This document shows, one piece after another, positions 19,240 to 28,555 of a DNA stretch of 36,621 nucleotides. Each line of letters starts with the position of its first letter. The stretch's first letter is position 1. The stretch spans positions 1 through 36,621 of the forward strand of contig CBDESP010000006.1 of NCBI GenBank assembly GCA_965242525.1, written 5' to 3'. The stretch is from an uncultured Candidatus Binatia bacterium. GTDB lineage: Bacteria; Desulfobacterota; Binatia; UBA9968; JAJDTQ01. A model generated the notes under the pieces. It ran no database searches. It was not told the origin of the DNA and saw only the letters and a list, made by a program, of their open reading frames with translations. A program made the position numbers and the translations under genes.

Positions 19240-19907
19240 GACGGCACCACCTGGTAGCCCACCGCCCGCACGGTGCGGATGGTGGCCACCCCGAAGGGGC
19301 GGTCGATCTTGCGGCGGAGATAGCCGACGTAGACCTCCACGATGTTGGGGTCGCCCTCGAAGTCCATGCCCCACACCGCGTCGAGCAGCTCCTGCTTGCC
19401 CACCACCTCGGGGGCCCGGCTCATCAGGGTCTCCAGCACGGCGTGCTCCCGGGGGGTGAGGTCGATGGCGGTCTCGCCCCGGCGCACCACCCGGGTCCGG
19501 GGGTTGAGGGTGAGGTCCCCCACCTCCAGGGCCGCGGCCGGCTCCAGCCGCCCCCGCCGCACCAGGGCCCGCAGCCGGGCCACCAGCACCACCAGGGAGA
19601 ACGGCTTGCGCAGGTAGTCGTCGGCTCCCAGCTCGAAGCCCTCGGCCTCGTCGTACTCGCCCTCTTTGGCCGTGAGCATGAGGATGGGGATCCAGTTGCC
19701 CTCTTCTCTGAGGGTGCGGCATATCTCGTAGCCGTTCTTGCCCGGCAGCATGATGTCGAGCACCATGGCCGCGTAGCTGCCCTCCCGGGCCCGCCACAGG
19801 CCCTCCAGGCCGTCATGCACCACGTCGGCGCTGAAGCCCTCGGCCTCCAGGCCGCGCCGGATCGACTCGGCCAGCCTGACTTCGTCGTCCACCACGAGGA
19901 TCCGCAT
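19236..19907 (-). CDS. OmpR-family response regulator
   Basis: 'MRILVVDDE', 'LDIMLPG', 'GADDYLRKPF', 'VEVYVGYLRRK', 'TVRAVGY'. Confidence 0.95.
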   Translation of the reverse strand: MRILVVDDEVRLAESIRRGLEAEGFSADVVHDGLEGLWRAREGSYAAMVLDIMLPGKNGYEICRTLREEGNWIPILMLTAKEGEYDEAEGFELGADDYLRKPFSLVVLVARLRALVRRGRLEPAAALEVGDLTLNPRTRVVRRGETAIDLTPREHAVLETLMSRAPEVVGKQELLDAVWGMDFEGDPNIVEVYVGYLRRKIDRPFGVATIRTVRAVGYQVVPS

Positions 19908-19950
19908 CCGCCAAGTCTGCCCTGCCGGCGCCGCGGCCCCGCGGTTGGAT

Positions 19951-19997
19951 GCTGAGAGCATTCTCAGCCAGATAAGAGACTCTCAGGCAGTCTCAGC
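19951..19997. promoter_or_regulatory. TCTCAG repeats, probable response-regulator operator
   Basis: Inverted GCTGAGA-GCAT-TCTCAGC (19951-19968) and direct TCTCAG-GCAG-TCTCAG (19981-19996) between divergent genes. Confidence 0.6.
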
Positions 19998-20100
19998 TTG
20001 CCTTCAGGGGGGATGGGCCATCTTGGGGGGCGTCCGGGATCACCCGGATGTTCGATCCCTCCGCTCGGTGCTTCCGGGCGGCGAGCGAAAGGAAACCACA

Positions 20101-20973
20101 ATGGAGAACCAGACCCCCGACCAGACCCAGCATCCCGACCCGAACGAGGCGGAGACCCCCGCCCGGACGTCGGGGCTCCGCCGCCTGTTCAGGCGCCGGC
20201 CGGTGATGACCGGATCGGCCATAGGGGCGATCGGCATGGCGTTGGCGCTGGCCGTCGCCGGGGTGATGAGCGCCGGGGCCCAGAGCTCCGACGACGATCC
20301 TCCGGCGGCGACCCAGACCACCGCCTCGAACGACGACGACAGCGCCGCCGGCGGCGGCTCGACCGGCGACGACGCCGACGACGCCGACGGCGACGACGAC
20401 GACGACCGCTCGAACAGCCTCCGGGACTTCCTGCGCCGGTTCCGGGCGCCGAGCGCCGAGGACCGGGCCGCGTTCGAGTCCTTCAAGACGTGTCTGACCG
20501 AGGCCGGAGTGGAGGGATTCGAGCACGACGAGGACGGCACCGAGATCTCGGTCACGGGACCGGACGGCCTGTCGATCGTCCGACTCGGCGACGGCAGCGT
20601 CACCGTCACCCGCTCAGGCGACGACGTGACCATCACCACCACCGGCGACGCCACCGTGATGGACATAGAAGACCTGAGGACGGCCTGGCAGACCGAGGCC
20701 GCGGCCTGGCAGTCGGCGTTCGAAAGCTGCCGGGACCGGCTCCCCGAAGGGTTCCGGGGCTTGGCCGCGAGGCTGGGCGAGCACAACTTCGCGGACTTCG
20801 ACAAGACCGAGATCCTGGAGGAACTCGGGATCGACACCGAAGACCTAGCTGATATCGGCGAGGAATTCGCCGAGAAGTTCGCCGGGATCGGCGAGCGCTA
20901 CGCCGAGGAGTTCGCCGGGATCGGCGAGCACTTCGCCGAGGAGTTCTTCGCCAACAACAAGAGCTGGTGGTAG
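20101..20973 (+). CDS. Secreted/membrane-anchored acidic protein with C-terminal 11-aa repeats
   Basis: AAGGA RBS; 'RRLFRRRP' + hydrophobic helix + 'AGA'; Asp-rich linker; IGEEFAEKFAG/IGERYAEEFAG/IGEHFAEEFFA. Confidence 0.8.
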   Translation: MENQTPDQTQHPDPNEAETPARTSGLRRLFRRRPVMTGSAIGAIGMALALAVAGVMSAGAQSSDDDPPAATQTTASNDDDSAAGGGSTGDDADDADGDDDDDRSNSLRDFLRRFRAPSAEDRAAFESFKTCLTEAGVEGFEHDEDGTEISVTGPDGLSIVRLGDGSVTVTRSGDDVTITTTGDATVMDIEDLRTAWQTEAAAWQSAFESCRDRLPEGFRGLAARLGEHNFADFDKTEILEELGIDTEDLADIGEEFAEKFAGIGERYAEEFAGIGEHFAEEFFANNKSWW

Positions 20974-21018
20974 TCCACCCCCGATAGCCGGGACCGCCCC
21001 GGGGTACGGTGCGACCCC

Positions 21019-21621
21019 GTGGCGGTTCCGGTGTGGGGCATCTGCGGCGGGTCGGGGTCGGGCAAGACCACCCTGACCCGCCGTTTGCGCGCCCGGCTGG
21101 GTCACGGCGCAGTGAGCGTCCTCAACTTCGACCACTACTACCGAGACCTATCTCATCTGACTCCCGACCAGCGCCGGGGCTGCAACTACGACCATCCCGA
21201 CGCTTTGGACCACGAGCTGTTCATCGGCCATTTGGACCGGCTCTCGGCCGGGGGCGGCGTCGAGGTCCCGGTCTATGACTTCTCCACCCACACCCGCACC
21301 GGGAGCTTCGAGCCGGTGGCGGCTGCGCCCCTGGCCGTGGTGGAGGGCATCTTGTTGTTCGCCTTCCCCAAGGTGGCCTCCCGGCTCGATCTCACCGTGT
21401 TCCTCGACGTTCCCGAGTCGGTGCGGCTCCAGCGCCGCATTCTTCGGGACACCAGCGAGCGGGGCCGGGACCCCGGCGGCGTGCGCCGCCAGTTCGAGGC
21501 CACGGTGGCCCCCATGCACGACGCCTACGTGCAGCCCCACCGGGATAAGGCCGACCTGATCTTCGGCCCCGAGGTGGACTACGAGGCCGTAGTCGACGAG
21601 CTGGCCGCCCGGCTGGGCTGA
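21019..21621 (+). CDS. udk: Uridine kinase
   Basis: 'GICGGSGSGKTT', 'DHYYRD', 'NYDHPDA', 'VPVYDF', 'VEGIL', 'RRILRD..ERGR'. Confidence 0.92.
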   Translation: MAVPVWGICGGSGSGKTTLTRRLRARLGHGAVSVLNFDHYYRDLSHLTPDQRRGCNYDHPDALDHELFIGHLDRLSAGGGVEVPVYDFSTHTRTGSFEPVAAAPLAVVEGILLFAFPKVASRLDLTVFLDVPESVRLQRRILRDTSERGRDPGGVRRQFEATVAPMHDAYVQPHRDKADLIFGPEVDYEAVVDELAARLG

Positions 21622-21698
21622 GACCGCCGCCCGCGACCGCCGCGGTCGGCTCTTCAGATCAGGGGTGGCCGGTCCCGGGGCCGATCAGGGCCGCCGGG

Positions 21699-22241
21699 TC
21701 AGAGCCGCGCTCCCTCCCGATGCAACAGGGTCTTCTTGCGGTGGGGGCCCGAGCCGTAGTTGCCCACGCCTCCCGCCGCCGGCACCACCCGATGGCAGGG
21801 CACCAGCAGCGACACCGGGTTGCGGGCCACGGCCGAGCCCACCGCCCGGTGGGCTCGGGGGCGGCCCACCGCCTCGGCCACCTGCCCGTAGGTGCGCACC
21901 TCCCCCTTGGGAATGGTCAGGAGGTGCTCGAGCACTTCGCGGTGGAAGGCGGTGCGCGACCCGAGGTCGACCGGAACGTCGGTGCGGCCCTCGGCCAGGG
22001 CGCCCCGGACGAGTTCCACGAAGGCCGGGTCGGGATCGGGGTCGGGGATCGCCTCCGCCCCCACCTCCCGGCACATCCAGGCCTCGAACCCGTCGCCGTC
22101 GCCGCCGACGCCGTCGGCCAAGGCCAGCCCCGTGACCCGGCCGCCGACATGGGCCACGAAGACCTCCCCCACCGGCCCGGCCACCCTGAACCAGTAGTGG
22201 ACTCCGGGATCTGTGCCTGTCGATCTGATCTCGTCTCTCAT
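21699..22241 (-). CDS. ogt: Methylated-DNA--protein-cysteine methyltransferase
   Basis: 'IPKGEVRTYG.VA', 'RAVGSAVARNP', active-site 'VPCHRVV'. Confidence 0.88.
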   Translation of the reverse strand: MRDEIRSTGTDPGVHYWFRVAGPVGEVFVAHVGGRVTGLALADGVGGDGDGFEAWMCREVGAEAIPDPDPDPAFVELVRGALAEGRTDVPVDLGSRTAFHREVLEHLLTIPKGEVRTYGQVAEAVGRPRAHRAVGSAVARNPVSLLVPCHRVVPAAGGVGNYGSGPHRKKTLLHREGARL

Positions 22242-22313
22242 GGGAGTGAAGCTAACACTGAGACGGGACGCTTCGGTAGGGAGTCGGCGAGGTTCGGTAG
22301 GTTGCCATCCGCC

Positions 22314-23504
22314 ATGACCGGACCGCTGCGAGTCGCCCTCGACGTCACCCCGCTGCTGGGGCCGCCCACCGGGATTCACCAGGCCACCGCCGGGCTGCTG
22401 GGCGCCCTGCGGGACGAGCCCGGCGTCGAGCCCAGCGGGTACGTGCTGTCGGGGCGGGCCCGGCAGGCCCCCGACTGCGGCGTGGCCGTCCGCCACCGCC
22501 GCTGGCCGGCCGGTTTGTGCCACCTGATCTGGTCTCTGCCAGTCCCGGCCGCGGTCGCCCGGCCCTCGGCTCGGAGCCTGACCCCGCCCGCCGATTTGGT
22601 GCATGGCACCAACTACACCGTCCCGCCCGGGCCGACCCCCCGGCTGGTGACCGTCCACGATCTGACCCCGGTGACCGACCCGCAGTGGTGCCCGCCCGCG
22701 GTGCGGCGGATGGGCCGGGCCCTGCGTCGGGCGGTGGCCACGGGCACTCATGTCCACGTGACCTCTCGGGCGACGGCGGACGCTGCGCCCGGCTTGCTGG
22801 GCGCCGACCCCGACCGGGTCCACGTGGTGCCGGTGGGGCTGGCCGAAGTGGGGCCCGGCGATGCGGCCGCGGCCCGCCGCCTGGCTGGCGCCGACCGCTA
22901 CGTGCTGGCGCTGGGGGCGACCGAGCCCCGCAAGGGCCTGACCGGGCTGCCCGCGGCGGTGGCCGGCCTCGACCCCGACGTGAGACTGGTGGTGGCCGGC
23001 CCGGCCGGGGCCGATGAGGCCGCGCTGACCGCCGCGGTCGCCGCCGCCGGTCTGGGCCGGCGCTTTGTGCGGCTGGAGGCGGTGGACGGGGCGATGCGGG
23101 CCGGTCTGCTGCGGGGCGCGGCGGCGGTGGCCTACCCGTCGCTTCAGGAGGGCTTCGGCCTGGTGCCGCTGGAGGCGGTGTCGGTCGGGGTGCCGGTGGT
23201 GGCCGCCGCGGTGGGGGCGCTGCCGGAACTGCTGGGCGACGAGATCCCCCTGATCCCCCCCGGCGACGACCAAGCCCTGGCCACGGGGCTGGCCGCGGCG
23301 CTGGAGTCAGCCGAGGCACCGCCGACCGCCGTGCTGGAGTCAGCCGCCGAGGCACCTTCGGTGACCGCCGCGCTGGAATCGGCCGAGACGCTGGAGTCAG
23401 CCGAGGCGCCGTCGGCGGTCCTGCGGAGTCGGCTGGCCGATCTGGCCTGGCCCCGGGTGGCGGCCCAGATGGGCGCCGTCTACCGCCGGGTGGTCAACGG
23501 CTGA
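22314..23504 (+). CDS. Glycosyltransferase family 4
   Basis: 'VTVHDL', 'LGATEPRKG', 'YPSLQEGFGLVPLEA'; in-frame ALESAEAP repeats near the C-terminus. Confidence 0.9.
   Translation: MTGPLRVALDVTPLLGPPTGIHQATAGLLGALRDEPGVEPSGYVLSGRARQAPDCGVAVRHRRWPAGLCHLIWSLPVPAAVARPSARSLTPPADLVHGTNYTVPPGPTPRLVTVHDLTPVTDPQWCPPAVRRMGRALRRAVATGTHVHVTSRATADAAPGLLGADPDRVHVVPVGLAEVGPGDAAAARRLAGADRYVLALGATEPRKGLTGLPAAVAGLDPDVRLVVAGPAGADEAALTAAVAAAGLGRRFVRLEAVDGAMRAGLLRGAAAVAYPSLQEGFGLVPLEAVSVGVPVVAAAVGALPELLGDEIPLIPPGDDQALATGLAAALESAEAPPTAVLESAAEAPSVTAALESAETLESAEAPSAVLRSRLADLAWPRVAAQMGAVYRRVVNG
23298..23412 (+). repeat. In-frame degenerate repeat (LESAEAP, 4 copies)
   Basis: ctggagtcagccga(g) recurs four times. 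Confidence 0.75.
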
Positions 23505-23586
23505 GCCGGGCCAGGGCAGCCGCTCAGATGACCGGCGACGGCGGCACTGGCCGCGTCGCAGTGGCCGAGGTCGGTGGCGCGCCGAC

Positions 23587-24837
23587 TCAGACGATCCGGG
23601 CCAGCAGCGCCTCGTAGCGCCGCTTGACCGCGGGCCAACCGAAGGTTTCGCTCACGTAAGTCCGGCCGGCCTCTCCCAGACGGCCGCGGGTCTCGGCGTC
23701 AGCCAGCAGCCGCCTGAGCGCGGCCTGGAACTCGGCCTCGCCGCGGTACCACAGGCCCCCGCCGCCGGCCTGACAGTGCTCGACGGTCGGCGGGCACGCC
23801 CCGTTCACCAGCACCGGGGTCCCGGCCAGCCCCGCCTCCAGCACCACCAGCGAGAACGACTCAAGCCGCGACGGCTGCACCAGCACCTCGGCCGCGGCCA
23901 GCAGGCCCCATTTGTCCCGGTCGGTCACCGAGCCCAGCACCCTCACCCCCCGGCCCGAGAGGGACGCGCCGCGCCCGGGCCCGGCCAGCACCAGGGTCGC
24001 CTCCTCAAACCGGCCCCGCTGGAAAGCCCCGACCAGGTCGTGGGCCCCTTTGCCGGGATCGATTCGGCCCAGGCACAGCACGATCCGGTCTTGGCCCAAG
24101 TCGAAGCGCCGCCGCAGGGACTCTTCGGCACCGATCGCCCTCGGCCGGCCCTCGGTCGCCTCGGCTGCCTCGGTCTCCGCCGCCGGCCCGAGGACCCCAG
24201 CCACTTCCGCCGCCAGGGAGTCGCCGGGAGCGGGGACGGGCAGGCCGACCACCGCCTGAGGAACGGCCGAGACGTCCGAGCGCTGGGCGATCAGCCGCTG
24301 CTCGGCCCGGCTGTGAAAGGCCAGGGCGTCCACCGAGGTGAACAGTTCGTCGAACACGCACAGACCGAGGGGGGGCTCGGGATGGGCCGCGGGGTGAAGC
24401 ACTGTCGGGGCCGAGGCCACCATGGCTCCGCGCACCGCGGGTTGGTACAGGCCCGGGTACAGAGCCAGCACGCCGTCTCGCACCGAGGCGACCGCGTCGA
24501 TCAGGTCGGGGCTGTCGGGGCCTTGGCGGTCGATCCACTCCAGGGCGGTGTCCCGGTCGACGGCGGCGGGTCGGGCCAGGACCCGGGCCGACCAGGCGTC
24601 GAAGTCTTGGTGGCGATGGCGGGCAGTGGCGAAGCGGTGGACGGTCACCCCGTCCAGGGTCTCGGCGCCGGCCGGGTACTGGTTGGCCCAAGTAAGCGCG
24701 GAGAGGGCGCAGGTGGTCAGCACCTGCACATCCCAGCCATCGGCGGCCAGCCCGGCGGCCAGCGACCGGGCCCCCCTCTCGGCCCCCCCGTGGATGCCGG
24801 GGCCGTAGCGGGGCACGACAAAGGTGATGTCGGTCAC
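23587..24837 (-). CDS. Glycosyltransferase family 4
   Basis: 'FVVPRYG....GGAE', 'LGRIDPGKG', 'PSRLESFSLVVLEA'. Confidence 0.9.
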   Translation of the reverse strand: MTDITFVVPRYGPGIHGGAERGARSLAAGLAADGWDVQVLTTCALSALTWANQYPAGAETLDGVTVHRFATARHRHQDFDAWSARVLARPAAVDRDTALEWIDRQGPDSPDLIDAVASVRDGVLALYPGLYQPAVRGAMVASAPTVLHPAAHPEPPLGLCVFDELFTSVDALAFHSRAEQRLIAQRSDVSAVPQAVVGLPVPAPGDSLAAEVAGVLGPAAETEAAEATEGRPRAIGAEESLRRRFDLGQDRIVLCLGRIDPGKGAHDLVGAFQRGRFEEATLVLAGPGRGASLSGRGVRVLGSVTDRDKWGLLAAAEVLVQPSRLESFSLVVLEAGLAGTPVLVNGACPPTVEHCQAGGGGLWYRGEAEFQAALRRLLADAETRGRLGEAGRTYVSETFGWPAVKRRYEALLARIV

Positions 24838-26003
24838 AGCCCGCGGGTTCCGGCGCCCAGCAGCGGGGCCAGGGTGTCGGCATAGACCTCCGTGGACCGG
24901 TCCGGATGCAACTCCGCCGCCCTGACCCGCCCGGCCGCTACCAGCCGATCCCGCAGCGCGCCGTCCTCAAGCACTCGACCGACCGCGGCCGCCACCACTG
25001 CGGGCGACTTGTCCCCCAACAACACCCCCGCACCCCCCAACGTCCCAGCCACCGCCCCCGCGTCAAACGCCACCACCGGCAACCCCGCCCCCATCGCCTC
25101 CGCCAACGGCACCCCGAAACCCTCATGATCCGACAAACACACAAACACATCCGCCACCGAATACCACCCCGCCAACACCGAACCCGAAACCGACCCCGCC
25201 CAAACCACCGAATCCCCCAAACCCAAGTCCTCGGCCAGCCCTCGCAACGCCACCCCATAGGACCCACCCGCATCAGAACCCGCCAACACCAACCGCGGCC
25301 CCTCACCCCACAACCCCCTGAACACCGCAAACGCGGCCAACAAATCATGAAAACCCTTATTCGGAACCACCCGCCCCACAAACAACCACACCGGCCCCGC
25401 CCCCGAACCCAACCCCCCCGCCGACCCGACACCCCCGACCGGCTCAGCGCCACCGGACGACACCCCGCCACCAGCACCAGCCGCCCCGTCAACCGCGGCC
25501 CCGCCCGCAGACCCGTCAACCGGGTCGGTCCACACCGCCGTGTTGAACAACGGTGGCGCCACCACCACCTCATCAACTCCCGCCGCCGCCAACTCCGAAG
25601 CCGCGAACCCTGAATCGGCCAACCCCAGCCCCGCCAACGGCCCCAACCGCCCCAACTGACCTCGACCCCAGCGGAGCTGGTTGACCAGCTCGGGAGGGAC
25701 CCAGGGTTCTGCCATCTCGGGCGGGGTGATGGAGTGGTAGTCGAGCACCACCCGAACCCGGCGCTCGATCACCGCCTCGGCAACCACCGAGCCGATGGCG
25801 TGCTGGAGCACGGTGACAGCGGCATCGCCGGGCCAGAGGCGCAGGCCAGCGGCGGAGTGAGACCGGCCGAAGTCGGTGATATTCCCCACGTACAGTCGCA
25901 CGGTCGCGCCGAAGCGGTCGGCCAGCAGGTTCCGCAGCCTCAGCGTGTGGGCTGAGACCGCGTCCCGGTCGGCCAGTTCCGGCACCAGCAGATCGACGAT
26001 CAT
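24834..26003 (-). CDS. Glycosyltransferase family 4
   Basis: 'LFVGRVVPNKG', 'SDHEGFGVPLAEAM'; 4-nt overlaps with both neighbours. Confidence 0.9.
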   Translation of the reverse strand: MIVDLLVPELADRDAVSAHTLRLRNLLADRFGATVRLYVGNITDFGRSHSAAGLRLWPGDAAVTVLQHAIGSVVAEAVIERRVRVVLDYHSITPPEMAEPWVPPELVNQLRWGRGQLGRLGPLAGLGLADSGFAASELAAAGVDEVVVAPPLFNTAVWTDPVDGSAGGAAVDGAAGAGGGVSSGGAEPVGGVGSAGGLGSGAGPVWLFVGRVVPNKGFHDLLAAFAVFRGLWGEGPRLVLAGSDAGGSYGVALRGLAEDLGLGDSVVWAGSVSGSVLAGWYSVADVFVCLSDHEGFGVPLAEAMGAGLPVVAFDAGAVAGTLGGAGVLLGDKSPAVVAAAVGRVLEDGALRDRLVAAGRVRAAELHPDRSTEVYADTLAPLLGAGTRGL

Positions 26004-26575
26004 CGGCTTCGGGGCTTCAAGAGCGGCCCCAGGGCGTCGGCGTAAGTCACGGCGGACCGGTACGGGTGAAGTTGCGCCGCCCGGTGGCGCCCAGCGGCCG
26101 TCAGCCGATCCCGCAAAACGCCGTCCTCAAGCACCCGACCGACCGCGGCCGCCACCACCGCCGGCGACTTGTCCCCCAACAACACCCCCGCACCCCCCAA
26201 AGTCCCAGCCACCGCCCCCGCGTCGAAGGCCACCACCGGCAAACCCGCCCCCATCGCCTCCACCAACGGCACCCCGAAACCCTCATGATCCGACAAACAC
26301 ACAAACACATCCGCCGCCGAATACCACCCCGCCAACACCGAACCCGAAACCGACCCCGCCCACACCACCGAATCCCCCAAACCCAAGTCCTCCGCCAAAG
26401 CCCTCAACGCCACCCCATAGGACCCACCCGCATCAGAACCAGCCAACACCAACCGCGGCCCCTCCCCCCACAACCCCCGAAACACCGCAAACGCAGCCAA
26501 CAAATCATGAAAACCCTTATTCGGAACCACCCGCCCCACAAACAACCACACCGGACCCGCCCCCGAACCCAACCC
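24942..26575. repeat. Near-identical direct repeat of ~475 bp (24942-25415 and 26102-26575)
   Basis: Gap-free alignment at offset 1160 with scattered substitutions; a shorter shared block at about 25545-25660 / 26630-26745. Confidence 0.9.
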
Positions 26576-27241
26576 AGCCCGCAAAACCGAAACCACCCCC
26601 GTGTCAACCGCCCAAACCCCCGCCGCGTCGAACAACGGTGGCGCCACCACCACCTCTCCAACCCCCGACCCCGCCAACTCCGAAGCCGCGAATCCCGAAC
26701 CCGCCAGCCCCAACCCCGCCAACGGACCCAACCGCCCCAACTGAACCCGGCCCCAACCGGCCGCTGAGGCCATGGCCGGGTCCCAGCCGTCGAAGTGCTC
26801 GGCCGGGGTCACGCCGTGGTAGTAGACCACCAGCGGCTCGGGCCGGGTCAGCAGATAGTCGGCCACCGGAGAGCCCACCGAGGCCTGGTAGATCACTAGG
26901 TCGGGCCGGGGCCACTCGGGGTGGTCGCGGAAGTCGCGGGCCAGCCGCCGGGTCGCCCCCACCCGCTGGGCCGCGAAGATCTCAGCGTCGCAGCCCAAGT
27001 CCTCGGCCAGCAGCCGGTGCAGGGCCAGAGTGTGGGCCCCCACCGCATCCCGGTCGGCCAAAACCGCGGTGAATTGGTGAACCTGCGGCCGCCGGACCGA
27101 GGCAGTCGGACCGGGGCCGCCGAGTTGCGGCCGCCGAGTTGCGGCCGCCGAGTTGCGGCCGCCGGACCGCGGCCGCCGAGTCAGGGCCGCCAGACCGGAG
27201 CGGACGGCGACACCAGCCGACCCAGCCAGCGGCCGGGTCAC
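26000..27241 (-). CDS. Glycosyltransferase family 4, paralogue of the adjacent gene
   Basis: 'LFVGRVVPNKG', 'SDHEGFGVPLVEAM'; GTG overlaps the upstream stop. Confidence 0.9.
   Translation of the reverse strand: MTRPLAGSAGVAVRSGLAALTRRPRSGGRNSAAATRRPQLGGPGPTASVRRPQVHQFTAVLADRDAVGAHTLALHRLLAEDLGCDAEIFAAQRVGATRRLARDFRDHPEWPRPDLVIYQASVGSPVADYLLTRPEPLVVYYHGVTPAEHFDGWDPAMASAAGWGRVQLGRLGPLAGLGLAGSGFAASELAGSGVGEVVVAPPLFDAAGVWAVDTGVVSVLRAGLGSGAGPVWLFVGRVVPNKGFHDLLAAFAVFRGLWGEGPRLVLAGSDAGGSYGVALRALAEDLGLGDSVVWAGSVSGSVLAGWYSAADVFVCLSDHEGFGVPLVEAMGAGLPVVAFDAGAVAGTLGGAGVLLGDKSPAVVAAAVGRVLEDGVLRDRLTAAGRHRAAQLHPYRSAVTYADALGPLLKPRSR
27115..27198. repeat. 14-bp tandem repeat inside the 5' end of a GT4 gene
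   Basis: GGCCGCCGAGTTGC three times exactly, then three degenerate GGCCGCC-N7 units. Confidence 0.85.
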
Positions 27242-28416
27242 GGCCGTCGGGCCAGGATCAGCTCCAACTCCGCCGCCCCGTCGGCCGCGGCGATCGGCTG
27301 CCGGGTCGCAGTCCAGCCTGCCCGCTCCAGCAGGTAGGCCCAGGTGGCTGGGGCCAAGCCCCGGCCGGCGCGCAGATCTCGCAGCACCGGGTTTCGGGCG
27401 GCCGGGTCGGCGGCCACCACCGCCACCGCGCCGTCAATGCGCACCGCCCCGGTGACCGCGGCCACCGCCGCGGCGGCCGCCCCGACGGTGAGGTCCTCGA
27501 CGAAGCCGACGAGCACCGCCCCGGCCAGAACGCCGCCGTCCAAGGCCCTCAGGTGGGTCAGGGGATCTTCGCCGCGCAGATCCAAGCCGTCACGGACGCC
27601 AGCCAGGATCCGCTCGGGGTCACGGTCCACGCCGTAGGCCGAAAGGCCGGCTCGGCCCAGGGCGGCCGGCACGGCCCCCTCGGCGCAGCCCAGCACCGCC
27701 ACCGGGCCGCCGGTCGCGGTCAAGGACGCCGCCACCTCGTCGGCCACGCCCCTGCCGCCGAGGCCCGCCGGGGCCCGAGGATGGATCGCGGCCAGGACTG
27801 TCGCTACTTCGTCGGCCGCGGCTTCGGGCAGATCCGGGGCCGGGCCGATCAGGTCGGCCAGCTCTAACCGACTCGACCCGGCCTCGCCGTCGGCACCGGG
27901 GACGGTCAGCGGGGCCAGCCCCAGGGCCTCTTCGGCCACCCGGACCCGGTCGTCGGTGCGGTTCATCCACCGCACCACCACGTCGTGCCAGCCGTTGAGT
28001 TGGTCGGCCAGGTGGCGCAGATACCAGTGAACGAGGCGGCGCACCGCCCCCTTCACCTGGCGCACCCCGGCCCTAGCCCCCAGCGCAACCTCCACATCGA
28101 CGTAGGCCAGGCGCTCGGCCAGCCGCAGCAGCCGCCGAGAGGGCTCGCCGTCGCCGCCGAGCTGGGCTATGGCCTCCCACTGGCGCCCGGCCTCGCGTTC
28201 GAGCCGGGCGATGTCGGGCCGGTCCCGCCGCAGCGCCGCCGCCTCGGCCTCGATCTCAATCTGAAGGCGCCGGGCGAAGGCGAGCCGGTCGGCAGCCTCT
28301 TCCTCGACGCCTTGGTCCGGGTTGACGGCCCCGCCGGGGTCGATGGCCTGATTCGGGTCGGCAGCCTCGTCCGGGTCGGCGGCTTGGTCGGGGTCCATCT
28401 CGTCGGGTCCGGGCAC
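27238..28416 (-). CDS. Coiled-coil + degenerate class I SAM methyltransferase-like protein (glycan cluster)
   Basis: 'VKGAVRRLVHWYL' helical region; 'VAVLGCAEG', 'AYGVD'; N-terminal DPxxA repeats. Start GTG 28416 or ATG 28398. Confidence 0.7.
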   Translation of the reverse strand: MPGPDEMDPDQAADPDEAADPNQAIDPGGAVNPDQGVEEEAADRLAFARRLQIEIEAEAAALRRDRPDIARLEREAGRQWEAIAQLGGDGEPSRRLLRLAERLAYVDVEVALGARAGVRQVKGAVRRLVHWYLRHLADQLNGWHDVVVRWMNRTDDRVRVAEEALGLAPLTVPGADGEAGSSRLELADLIGPAPDLPEAAADEVATVLAAIHPRAPAGLGGRGVADEVAASLTATGGPVAVLGCAEGAVPAALGRAGLSAYGVDRDPERILAGVRDGLDLRGEDPLTHLRALDGGVLAGAVLVGFVEDLTVGAAAAAVAAVTGAVRIDGAVAVVAADPAARNPVLRDLRAGRGLAPATWAYLLERAGWTATRQPIAAADGAAELELILARRP

Positions 28417-28555
28417 CGAGGGCAGGCTAATGCCCTGCCGCCCACCGGCTAGGATTGTCGGTGAGCCGACGATCCCACGGCTGCTGGCGGTGACTGTGAT
28501 CAGCCCCTCTCGACAGCCTGCTGAACCCCGGCCCCGGCCCCGACCGGTGACCACG

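Noticed and set aside
25876-27072. Pro/Thr-rich extensin-like ORF on the + strand
   Set aside because: By-product of the C/A skew antisense to a GT4 gene.
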